From positions 320,001-384,000 of the forward strand of contig JANZKC010000001.1 of NCBI GenBank assembly GCA_025061115.1: a DNA stretch of 64,000 nt, read 5' to 3'. The translations under genes and the position numbers were made by a program. Positions 40,277-49,339 of the stretch are shown here, in pieces. The first letter of the stretch is position 1. Each line of letters starts with the position of its first letter. The stretch comes from Candidatus Culexmicrobium cathedralense (GTDB taxonomy: Archaea > Thermoproteota > Methanomethylicia > Culexarchaeales > Culexmicrobiaceae). The notes beneath the pieces are model-generated. The model was not told where the DNA came from, made no database searches, and saw only the letters and a list, made by a program, of their open reading frames with translations.

Positions 40277-41212
40277 TTATTTTATACTGTTTTTTAGTTG
40301 CCAATAATGTCTGATTCCTGTTATTCCTGGTATTTGGGTGTAGAAGTATAGGTGTTGTGTCCATGGTATTGTTGCTATTCTTATTCCGTTTAGTCTCATT
40401 GATTTTAGTGCTTTGAATAGTAGGATTGTTCCTATGCCTTTGTTTTGTTCTTTTTTGATTACTCCTATTGGTCCGAGCCAGCTTGGTTCTAGTGCTCCGT
40501 ATGCTGCGAATCCTATTGGTTGGTTGTTTTGGTTGTATGCTATCAATAGTCCGCCTGTTGGTTCGATTGTTGCTCGTTTTGCTTCGTATGCCCAGTATGG
40601 TGAGAATTTTGTTTTTATCCAGTTTTCTAGTTGATTGATCTCTCCTCTTGTTACTTCTTTAAATGTTGTTCCTTGTTTGATTAGTTTTTGTTTTAGTGTT
40701 TTTATTCTTGTTGGGATGTAGAAGCGTTTTAGGTCTACTTCGTAGTCTACTACTTCTCCGTATTTGGTGAAGCCTGCGGTAAGGTAGTTTGTTAGGTAGT
40801 AGTCATAGTGGATGTCTATTCCTGGGTGGAAGTGCCAGCTTGGAAAGTTTGCTACTCTTATTTCTGTTTTATTTTTGGCTTTTATTTCGTTTAGATATTC
40901 GTTTATTAGTTGTTGGAATAGTTTTTTGGTTCTGTGTTTTGGTGGGATTGCAATTACTTTTATCCATGCAAGGTGTTTTTGTGCTTCAACTAATTCTTTT
41001 GGTGCCCTTGTTCTTTCAACTCCTATTAGTAGGCCTATTAGCTTGTCTTTTTCTAGGGCTAGGAATGTTAGTTTTGATGTGTAATTTGGATCTTGGACTG
41101 TGCATCTTCTTAGCATGTGGTCTGTTATGAAATCTCTCTCCAAAGAAAGGTTGAGAAATTGTTTTAGTTTTAATGCGTGTTCCGGCTTTTCATCTAATCT
41201 ATATATTTTCAA
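40277..41212 (-). CDS. Tandem GNAT N-acetyltransferase
   Basis: Acetyl-CoA motif LGPIGV...QNKGIGTILL in the second domain; degenerate first GNAT domain. Confidence 0.85.
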   Translation of the reverse strand: MKIYRLDEKPEHALKLKQFLNLSLERDFITDHMLRRCTVQDPNYTSKLTFLALEKDKLIGLLIGVERTRAPKELVEAQKHLAWIKVIAIPPKHRTKKLFQQLINEYLNEIKAKNKTEIRVANFPSWHFHPGIDIHYDYYLTNYLTAGFTKYGEVVDYEVDLKRFYIPTRIKTLKQKLIKQGTTFKEVTRGEINQLENWIKTKFSPYWAYEAKRATIEPTGGLLIAYNQNNQPIGFAAYGALEPSWLGPIGVIKKEQNKGIGTILLFKALKSMRLNGIRIATIPWTQHLYFYTQIPGITGIRHYWQLKNSIK

Positions 41213-41231
41213 TTTTTAGCCTCATATTGCA

Positions 41232-42599
41232 TTATTTGATTGTGGCGTATTCATGTATTATTGCCGCTACGTGTTTCATTCCTTCTATGAAGTCTTTTAT
41301 TCTGATGTTTTCGTTGGGCGCGTGTGCTCTTGAGGCGTAGTAGCCTACTCCTGTGGATGCCATTGGTATTCCGAGGTTCTTTATGAAGAGGTACATTGGA
41401 CCTGAGCCTGCCATTGTTGGATATACTACTGGGGGTTGACCATAAACTTTCACTGCTGCATTTATGGTTGCCTTGACGATTGGAGTGTTGATTGGAGTTT
41501 TAGCTGGATATAACTTTCCTAGCAGCTTTACTTCTATGTCGCTGTAACCTTTGCTTTCCAAGTGCCTCTTCAACTTTTCAAATATGTCTTGGGGATCTTG
41601 ATCTGGAACTAATCTAAAATCTATTTTTGCTACTGCTTTTGAAGGTAGAACTGTTTTGCTGCCCGGTCCAGTGTAGCCGGAAATTATTCCGCATATATTG
41701 CATGTTGGAGAGTATAGGTGATGCTTAAGTGCTTCATATCCTTCAAGTCCATGAAGTAGCTTTTCCAGCTTAAACTCCTTCTTCATCTTCTCGGAGTCGA
41801 ATTCTATTGACTTAACGTGCTCTAGCTCTTCTTTTGATGGAGGTATTATGTTGTCGTAGAATCCTGGGATGAGGATTCTTTCATTTTCATCTTTTAGGGT
41901 TGTTAGTGCTCTTATTAGTTTCCAAGCTGGATTTGGAATTAGAGTTGCATTTGCTGAGTGCACATCTCTAGCTGGGCCGGTTGCAATTAATTCAACATAA
42001 AGTATTCCTTTAACGCCCAAGTAAATGGTTAGTCTTTCCTTAGCGTCTTTTGAACCACTTTCCCAAATTCCTCCATCAGCTTTAAACTTCTCACCATACT
42101 TCTCAATATATCTTGGCAGATTGGGGCTTCCAATTTCCTCTTCACCTTCAATTACGAATTTAATGTTTATTGGAAGTTCACCTAGGGTGTTAAGCATTGC
42201 TTCAATAGCCTTAATTCTAGCAACGATGTTACCCTTATTATCTGAAACTCCTCGAGCAAATATCTTCCCATTTTCAATTACTGGATTGAAAGGCGGATTT
42301 CTCCACTCTTCAATGGGCTCTGGAGGCTGGACGTCATAGTGATTGTAGAATAACAGTGTTTTATTTGAGCGACTCGACCTGATTTCTCCATAAATTAGTG
42401 GAGGAGCACCCTCCAGTCTAAGCAGCTCTACTTTCGCTCCAATACTCTCCAGCAGCTCCTTAACCTTACCTGCACAATCCTCTAGGCCCTCATTTCTCGC
42501 TGAAATACTTGGCTGAGAACACAATTCCACTAAGTCTCGAATCGCCTCACCCGAATGCTCATCAATATACTGGAAGACCCTGCTTAAGGAACTTTCCAC
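41232..42599 (-). CDS. M20 dipeptidase (CNDP2/DUG1-like)
   Basis: Motifs YNHYDVQP, ARGVSDNKG, EGEEEIGS, DVHS, HAPNE. Confidence 0.92.
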   Translation of the reverse strand: MESSLSRVFQYIDEHSGEAIRDLVELCSQPSISARNEGLEDCAGKVKELLESIGAKVELLRLEGAPPLIYGEIRSSRSNKTLLFYNHYDVQPPEPIEEWRNPPFNPVIENGKIFARGVSDNKGNIVARIKAIEAMLNTLGELPINIKFVIEGEEEIGSPNLPRYIEKYGEKFKADGGIWESGSKDAKERLTIYLGVKGILYVELIATGPARDVHSANATLIPNPAWKLIRALTTLKDENERILIPGFYDNIIPPSKEELEHVKSIEFDSEKMKKEFKLEKLLHGLEGYEALKHHLYSPTCNICGIISGYTGPGSKTVLPSKAVAKIDFRLVPDQDPQDIFEKLKRHLESKGYSDIEVKLLGKLYPAKTPINTPIVKATINAAVKVYGQPPVVYPTMAGSGPMYLFIKNLGIPMASTGVGYYASRAHAPNENIRIKDFIEGMKHVAAIIHEYATIK

Positions 42600-42720
42600 G
42601 GCAAACCACCAATTTAAATTTAAACTTAAGAAGTATTTAATTGATTATATTTGGCGAAATGCACTTAATTGGCAATGCCCTTAAATTAGGAACTAAAGTT
42701 GCATAGTATTGAAGGTTACC

Positions 42721-43446
42721 TCATTGTTGCCCTTCCAATTTTTCAACTACAACGGCTGTTCCATAGGCTGAGAAGGCAATCGCAACTCCCGCAAATAAGT
42801 CGCTTGTTTCGAAATCCACACCAATAACTGCATTTGCACCCATTTTCTCAGCATTTTTAATCATTCTTGCTAGTGCTTCGATTCTTGCTTTTTCAAATTC
42901 CATTGTTAATGACTTTAATTCTCCTCCTGTGAGAGATTCGAGGGCTGCAGCAAGTCTCCCTCCCAATCCTCTACTTCTTATCGTTAATCCAGAAACTGGG
43001 CCTAGCACTTTCACTATTCTATAGTTTGGTATTGTTGGTGTTGTTGTTATAATCATTTTTTCAGTTAACTTTCTATAATACTTAAATAACGCTTCATCTC
43101 CAAATGATTCAATGATGCCTTGCGACTTCTCAGCAGTTACTTCCAAGAGCTTTTTGAGCTGATCTCCCCAATCTTTTAATTTTACCGCTGCCTCCTTGAT
43201 TGCCTCACTAAACTCAAGCCCTGACTCTCTTAAAGATTCCACCAATTCTATTCTTACTCCATTTTCATAGGCCAATTTAATGAAGGCTTCAACCAAATTT
43301 AATCCGCTCTTAATCGATCTTTCAAGGTGAAACTTTAGTACTCCAATGGGGTTGTGAGGATAATTTTCTTCATACTTATTTAATACCATCCTAAATAATT
43401 CATCAACTTTTCTTGCTGCCAATTCAATCCCACTCCATCTTAACAT
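42721..43446 (-). CDS. YbjQ/UPF0145 domain protein with N-terminal helical extension
   Basis: C-half MIITTTPTIPNY...GGEL...GANAVIGV...AYGTAV. Confidence 0.82.
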   Translation of the reverse strand: MLRWSGIELAARKVDELFRMVLNKYEENYPHNPIGVLKFHLERSIKSGLNLVEAFIKLAYENGVRIELVESLRESGLEFSEAIKEAAVKLKDWGDQLKKLLEVTAEKSQGIIESFGDEALFKYYRKLTEKMIITTTPTIPNYRIVKVLGPVSGLTIRSRGLGGRLAAALESLTGGELKSLTMEFEKARIEALARMIKNAEKMGANAVIGVDFETSDLFAGVAIAFSAYGTAVVVEKLEGQQ

Positions 43447-43458
43447 TATAATGTAGAA

Positions 43459-45159
43459 TCAAGTTATTTCCTTCGACTTCCTTCTAAACTGATCTTCAAA
43501 TATCTCCCTAACCCTACTTATAGTATCTGCCTCTTCCGGCGACTTATCACTCCTTATCCGAACTATCCTGGCAAATCTCAACGCAAAGCCACTTTTGTAG
43601 TGGGGGCTCCGCTGTATTTCTGAAAATGCAACTTCAAGCACTATTCTTGGTTGAACTATAACTGTTCTGCCTCTCCTCATTATTGCAAGCTTTTCAAGCT
43701 GCTCAGTCATCCACTTTATCTCCTCATCGCTTAATCCCGTAAAGCACTTTCCAATTACCAGGTACTCACCCGTTTCAGGATCTCTAGCCGCTAAATAATA
43801 GTCGCTTAACCACCTGTATCTGTAGCCGTAGCCATAGTCTGCGGCTACCACCACCAAGTCAAGCGTTTGAGGGACTGCTTTAATTTTAAGCCACTTTCTG
43901 CCCCTAATTCCAGGAGTGTATGGGGAGTTTAGCTCCTTTGCCACAACACCTTCATGCCCATTTTCAATGGCTTTTTCAAAGAATTTTCTTGCTTCAGCAG
44001 CATCTCTTGTGACAATTTGAGGTATTATCAGTTGGGGAGGGACGATTTCCTTAAGCTTTTCTCTCCTTTTGCGGTAAGGCTTATCTATTAAAGTTTCTCC
44101 ATCAACGTAAAGTACGTCGAAGAGATAGAGCTTTACAGGTATCCTTGCCATTGCCTCCTCAACGCCCCTTATCCTTCTAAACCTCCTCATTACGTATTGG
44201 AAGGGCATTGGCTTACCGTCTTTACCAACAGCTATAACTTCACCTTCAACGATCAACTTCCTAGCTGAAACTTCACTTTCCATGCATTCGATAACTTCCG
44301 GTAATGACTTTGTAACGTTGGTTAGCCTTCTACTGAAAATTTCAATTTTATCTCCATCCTTATGTATTTGAACTCTAGCTCCATCAGGTTTAACTTCAAA
44401 TGCAGCTATACCTCCAAACTCCAGAAGCGCATCATCAACGGTTTTAGCATCTTCAGCTAGCATCGGCTTAATAGGGTGGAATAGGGTTATACCCATAGCC
44501 TTAATTCCACTTATCCCAGACTCCCTGGCTTTATAAGCTACATACCCTATATCGCTTATCAGCATGTTCGCCTTTCTAATCAAATCTCCAGGTATATCAA
44601 ATGCCTTTGCTATTGCATCTTCCATTAACCCCTCTCCAAAGCCATGCCTCCTCTCACCTATTATTAATTTGACAAGGTACTTGGCTTCAAGCGGTGAAGC
44701 TCGGCTGAGCAGCGATTTTAATAGCCGCTCCTTCTTCTTTCTCGAGCCAGCGCCATACACCTTAGCTATCTCCTCCAACACCCTGTAAACTTCCCTTATG
44801 GTTAAGGACTTTTCAACGAGAAGTCTTTGCACAGGCTTCCTCTTAACTTCGAAAATCAGCTTGAAGCATGATCCCACATCTCCAGTTTCATTAAAAAATT
44901 TAATGTATTCGTCAGGAGCTATTCCAGTTAAGTCTTGAAGAACTTTAAATAGAGTTGTACCGCTAACCTCAAACTCCCTCTGATCCCAGGAAGGAAAGAC
45001 CTTTCCAATTATCATTCTAACAGCTGGAGCAATTTCACTTAAATCCAACTTTCTTATAAAACTTGCAACGAGGTCGATTTTAGATATTCTACTTGAAATT
45101 TGAGATAATCTCTCGCAGAGATTGCATAGCTCCTCAAATTTCGTCTGCAAATCAATCAC
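43459..45159 (-). CDS. lig: ATP-dependent DNA ligase
   Basis: Motifs PMLA, EVKPDGARVQIH, EGE, FDVL, EGVVAK, WLKIK, ALRFAR..RIR.DK. Confidence 0.96.
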   Translation of the reverse strand: MIDLQTKFEELCNLCERLSQISSRISKIDLVASFIRKLDLSEIAPAVRMIIGKVFPSWDQREFEVSGTTLFKVLQDLTGIAPDEYIKFFNETGDVGSCFKLIFEVKRKPVQRLLVEKSLTIREVYRVLEEIAKVYGAGSRKKKERLLKSLLSRASPLEAKYLVKLIIGERRHGFGEGLMEDAIAKAFDIPGDLIRKANMLISDIGYVAYKARESGISGIKAMGITLFHPIKPMLAEDAKTVDDALLEFGGIAAFEVKPDGARVQIHKDGDKIEIFSRRLTNVTKSLPEVIECMESEVSARKLIVEGEVIAVGKDGKPMPFQYVMRRFRRIRGVEEAMARIPVKLYLFDVLYVDGETLIDKPYRKRREKLKEIVPPQLIIPQIVTRDAAEARKFFEKAIENGHEGVVAKELNSPYTPGIRGRKWLKIKAVPQTLDLVVVAADYGYGYRYRWLSDYYLAARDPETGEYLVIGKCFTGLSDEEIKWMTEQLEKLAIMRRGRTVIVQPRIVLEVAFSEIQRSPHYKSGFALRFARIVRIRSDKSPEEADTISRVREIFEDQFRRKSKEIT

Positions 45160-45193
45160 CAGCTAACTCACCGCTAAATTTAGGAGTAAACGC

Positions 45194-45913
45194 TTACTTC
45201 GAAGGCATCTTAATTTCAATTTTCCTCAATTCACTAAGACCAATTGGTAATTCGTTTAGGAAACTATTAAATTTAAAAACTGGGACTATTGGAATCCCCT
45301 CATAGATTTTAATTTTATCCTCATAGATTGAAAGTATGGCCGCTATGAAAATTGCTCTTGGCCAGCCGTAGATGCCCAATCTAGTCAATGCACTTCTACA
45401 AATAGATAGAGCTTCAAGTCTTTCAAAGTGGCGTAGTGCGCTTTTCCTAACTGCAGAGAATCTGCCCGCCGACCACCTCTTACAGTCAACGCATATAATT
45501 AGAGGCTCCCTAATTCCAATTACATCTATTTCATATCGATGCCTCCAAACTGCAAATCTGAAATTCCTATAAACATCATACCCGTGAATTTGAAATGCTC
45601 GGGCACATATGTCCTCAAACTCTCTCCAATTTAAGGTTAAAGCGACAGACTGAACATCTGCTCCCAACTTAATAGCATAAAAAGCTAACTTCAATCTATC
45701 AGTAGGATAGCATTGAAGTGCCTTCCCATCGAACTCCAAATTAATTAGATTTTCATCAGCTAATTCACGCATTAGCTCTCTAACCCTACTTAATGGAAGT
45801 ATAACGCCCTCTGCAATTTCCCTATCAACTACTATGCTACGCCCCAAGGATAGCTTCAGAATCTCGCAGGCAATCCTAGCTTTCAAATTCAAGGCTACTA
45901 CACTATTCCCCAA
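45194..45913 (-). CDS. wHTH + Mrr-like restriction-endonuclease-fold protein
   Basis: Motifs WREFE, YEIDVIG, VDCKRW. Confidence 0.78.
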   Translation of the reverse strand: MGNSVVALNLKARIACEILKLSLGRSIVVDREIAEGVILPLSRVRELMRELADENLINLEFDGKALQCYPTDRLKLAFYAIKLGADVQSVALTLNWREFEDICARAFQIHGYDVYRNFRFAVWRHRYEIDVIGIREPLIICVDCKRWSAGRFSAVRKSALRHFERLEALSICRSALTRLGIYGWPRAIFIAAILSIYEDKIKIYEGIPIVPVFKFNSFLNELPIGLSELRKIEIKMPSK

Positions 45914-46138
45914 GAAGTTATATATGCAGTTCGCACTTCAACAAAACTCAGAATTACATGGGTTGAATCAAAAATCAAGATTCAAAATTCAACTAAAATT
46001 AAGATAAAAATTTAAAATATATGACTCGATTCAATTAAAGCCCCTCAAATTCTAGGAGCAAAAATGAAGCGGCATTTTATTTGATTATTTAAAAAATTCC
46101 TTATTAGCAGTAGAGTAATATATTTTTAAGGTGATTCC

Positions 46139-46381
46139 TTGTCAAGCAACATTAAACAGCGAAAATATAAGTGCGCAGTCTGCGGCAGGAGGCTCACCAG
46201 AAACGACTTGGTTACTTCAAGGGGAACGCTCATTCCATTTTACAATCTTTTAGATTCAAATGGCGAGCTAAAGCCCATATGCGTCAAATGCTACCATGAA
46301 ATTGTAGGGAAAATCATTGCAAGACTATCTAGAGAAGAGCTTCACGTTAGGACTAGCGCACTCAGGTCAATGCACGGTTAG
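46139..46381 (+). CDS. Small zinc-finger protein
   Basis: CAVC...CVKC; GGTGA SD before TTG. Confidence 0.62.
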   Translation: MSSNIKQRKYKCAVCGRRLTRNDLVTSRGTLIPFYNLLDSNGELKPICVKCYHEIVGKIIARLSREELHVRTSALRSMHG

Positions 46382-46446
46382 CTGTAAAATTCAAATTTGA
46401 AATAGGATATACTAAGAGTTAAGCAAGTTTAATTAAAGTGATTATC

Positions 46447-48006
46447 ATGCGCGCTCAAGCCGCCACAGTCGAGGAAATGGTGGCAATTGACATTAACTCG
46501 GAATATTTAGGTGTTTCCAGACTTTTACTAATGGAGAACGCTGGAGCTGAAATAGCTCGATCAATCAAGGAGAAGATGAACATTAAGGACAAAAAGATTG
46601 TCATAGTTGCCCACACTGGCAATAAGGGTGGAGACGGATTCGTAGCAGCAAGACACCTCGCAAATCTAGGAGCAAAAGTCAATGTAGTTTTGATAGGAGA
46701 TCCCAAAACCATTCGAACTAGCGAAGCTAAGAGAAACTGGGAAATACTGCAAAGTATGGAGAGCTCAATAAACATTATTGTCGTTCGAGGCTCAGCGAGA
46801 CTATACTTGCTAGAAGAAGCATTAAGGGAGGCAACTGTAATCGTAGATGCACTACTGGGAACCGGAGTTAAGGGTGAATTAAGGCCGCCAATTTCAAATG
46901 CAGTTCAAATGATAAATGAGGCGGGAAAAGCTGGAGCGCTAATAGTTGCAATAGATCTCCCAACAGGAATAAATCCAGACACTGGAGAAATTCTTGGAAC
47001 TGCAGTTGAAGCCAACTTAACGGTAACCCACCACAAACCAAAAATTGGACTACTAACCGAAAAGGCGAAAAAGTATGTTGGAGAATTGAAGGTAGCTAAC
47101 ATTGGAGTTCCACCTGAAGCAGAGCTATTTGCCGGCCCTGGAGACGTATTAATCGCATTGAAAAAGAGAAAGCTAACAGCGCATAAAGGAGACTTCGGCC
47201 GAATAGTCATCGTAGGGGGAAGCAAGGACTACTCCGGAGCTCCCGCACTAGCAGCATTAGCAGCACTAAGAGCGGGATCAGACTTGACAATAATAATTGC
47301 TCCAAAAGCAATCTCAACATCCATAAGAGGCTACTCTCCAAATCTAATAGTAAGAGACTATGAAGGCGAATATTTGAATAAGAGTGGAGTTGAACTCGCA
47401 CTAGCAGAAATAAAGAGGGCAGATGCAGTTATAGTTGGTCCAGGACTAAGCCTCAAAGAACAAGTAGTTAATGCAGTCCAAAACTTACTGGAGGAAGTTA
47501 AGAAGATTAAAGTGCCAGTTGTTGTAGATGCAGACGCCATCAAAGCATGCGCCGGAAAAACTGAAGTTATAAGCGGTTTAAGTTGCATCATAACTCCACA
47601 TGCAGGAGAATTTAAGATATTAACCGGAATCCAGCTGCCTCCAGAAAATAGTGGAGGATGGAAGAAGAGAATGGAAATAGTAAGGAGGGAAGCTGAAAAC
47701 CTGAAGGCCACAATACTTTTGAAAGCCCACTATGACATCATATCTGATGGAGTTAAAGTCAAGGTTAATAGAACTGGAAATCCAGGAATGACAGTTGGAG
47801 GAACTGGAGATGTGCTAGCTGGAATTGCAGCAGCATTCCTAGCATGGGGCAACCCACCCATAAAAGCAGCTACAGCCGCCGCATTCATTAATGGCCTAGC
47901 AGGAGACCTAGCAGTTGAAGAGAAAGGTTATCACATACTGGCAACCGATGTAATAGGGAAAATTCCAGATGCATTTGCGAAAATCGAGAAATGCATCATG
48001 AAGTGA
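46447..48006 (+). CDS. nnr: Bifunctional NAD(P)HX epimerase/dehydratase
   Basis: LMENAG, GNKGGDG, DALLGTG; then HKGDFG, GAP, DADA, TPHAGEF, GGTGDVLAG. Confidence 0.95.
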   Translation: MRAQAATVEEMVAIDINSEYLGVSRLLLMENAGAEIARSIKEKMNIKDKKIVIVAHTGNKGGDGFVAARHLANLGAKVNVVLIGDPKTIRTSEAKRNWEILQSMESSINIIVVRGSARLYLLEEALREATVIVDALLGTGVKGELRPPISNAVQMINEAGKAGALIVAIDLPTGINPDTGEILGTAVEANLTVTHHKPKIGLLTEKAKKYVGELKVANIGVPPEAELFAGPGDVLIALKKRKLTAHKGDFGRIVIVGGSKDYSGAPALAALAALRAGSDLTIIIAPKAISTSIRGYSPNLIVRDYEGEYLNKSGVELALAEIKRADAVIVGPGLSLKEQVVNAVQNLLEEVKKIKVPVVVDADAIKACAGKTEVISGLSCIITPHAGEFKILTGIQLPPENSGGWKKRMEIVRREAENLKATILLKAHYDIISDGVKVKVNRTGNPGMTVGGTGDVLAGIAAAFLAWGNPPIKAATAAAFINGLAGDLAVEEKGYHILATDVIGKIPDAFAKIEKCIMK

Positions 48007-48715
48007 GCATTCTAACAAGAAACCTAACGTTCAAAAGTCGAGTTAAATCCAAAATTTTCCTTAAATAGTGTGGCAACCTACATACAGGGTGAACGTGCCC
48101 GCTCCTAATGAGCTCCAAAGCATCAACCAATGATGAAACCTCACCTTCAAATGCAGTAGCAGCAAAACCAAGAGTTAAAGCAGTATGAGAATCGGAACCT
48201 GCAATTCGCGGCAAATTCAGCTTCCTAAGAAAATCTACTTGTGGAGGAGGGTAATACTCCAAAGCGTCAAGATATTCAGCATATTTCAATGAATTTAACC
48301 CCAGCCCCGAGCGCCTAAAGACATGTGCAGCGACAAGAATACCTCCAGCAGATCTAACGTGATCGGATAAGGCGGGCAAATTCCAAGCCTCTACACCGAA
48401 ATGCAAGCTGAAGTCATAGGATGGAAAAATAGCTAGAACGTGCCCCTCGCTAAGAGAAAACTCCACTCCAGGCAAAATGAGAAAACCAGCATGAGCCGAA
48501 GCATCCCTGTAAAGCCTAAATCGCTTAGCAATTACTCGTGAATCCCAAAGCTTAGGTGCATGATCCACAATCGCAATTCCACCCAACCCTCTCCTCTTAG
48601 CATGCCTAGCTAAAGAAGCGGGATTATGAGTACCATCGGAACAATTGCTGTGAACATGCATATCGATTAAAGTTGAATTTCCAGTCAAGATATCTCCATC
48701 CACAATAAATGCCAT
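47996..48715 (-). CDS. PHP-domain phosphoesterase
   Basis: Motifs DMHVHS..SDG, VDH, GVE, AAH, GSDSH. Confidence 0.88.
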   Translation of the reverse strand: MAFIVDGDILTGNSTLIDMHVHSNCSDGTHNPASLARHAKRRGLGGIAIVDHAPKLWDSRVIAKRFRLYRDASAHAGFLILPGVEFSLSEGHVLAIFPSYDFSLHFGVEAWNLPALSDHVRSAGGILVAAHVFRRSGLGLNSLKYAEYLDALEYYPPPQVDFLRKLNLPRIAGSDSHTALTLGFAATAFEGEVSSLVDALELIRSGHVHPVCRLPHYLRKILDLTRLLNVRFLVRMLTS

Positions 48716-48742
48716 TTTCAGCAAAAAATCAAATTTGTGTAT

Positions 48743-49252
48743 TTAGGGCAGCGCTATAATTGACACCTCCAACGTGTCCAAATCCAATATAGCCACAGTT
48801 CTCTTTCCAGTCAAGTATCCGCAAGCTTCACCTGGATTAACAATTAAGCATCCACTCAACTTAACAAGTTCAGGCTTATGCGTATGACCTCTAACAACAA
48901 CATTGTACATTCCAGATCTAGCCAAAGCTTCAACAACCCTTTCATGCCTACCATGAATTACCGCAATCTTCACCCCTTGAAAATCAACCTCTCCAAAATC
49001 CCCAAGCAACTCAACACCAACCTGAGATGCCTTAACCTTCATGAACTCCCTTTCCCCATCGACGTTTCCAAATACTCCATAAACCTTGCAGTTCACCTTA
49101 GCCAGCCTAATCATCGTAAATGGAGCGCACCAATCACCAGCATGCAAAACTGCGCCGACGCCATGCTCGTTAAAAACTTTAACTGCAGAATCCACAGCAG
49201 CCTGATTATCGTGGGTATCTGAAATTAATCCAATCTTCAATCCAACCACCAA
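48743..49252 (-). CDS. YfcE/MJ0936-family metallophosphoesterase
   Basis: Motifs SDTHDN, HAGD, GNVD, GHTH, NPG. Confidence 0.92.
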   Translation of the reverse strand: MVVGLKIGLISDTHDNQAAVDSAVKVFNEHGVGAVLHAGDWCAPFTMIRLAKVNCKVYGVFGNVDGEREFMKVKASQVGVELLGDFGEVDFQGVKIAVIHGRHERVVEALARSGMYNVVVRGHTHKPELVKLSGCLIVNPGEACGYLTGKRTVAILDLDTLEVSIIALP

Positions 49253-49339
49253 AACTACTGTTTAGGTAAACTCTTATAAGGTGAATGCTTCAACATCATT
49301 TATTAATTTGAAGTGAGAGAATATTTCCGGTATATAATC

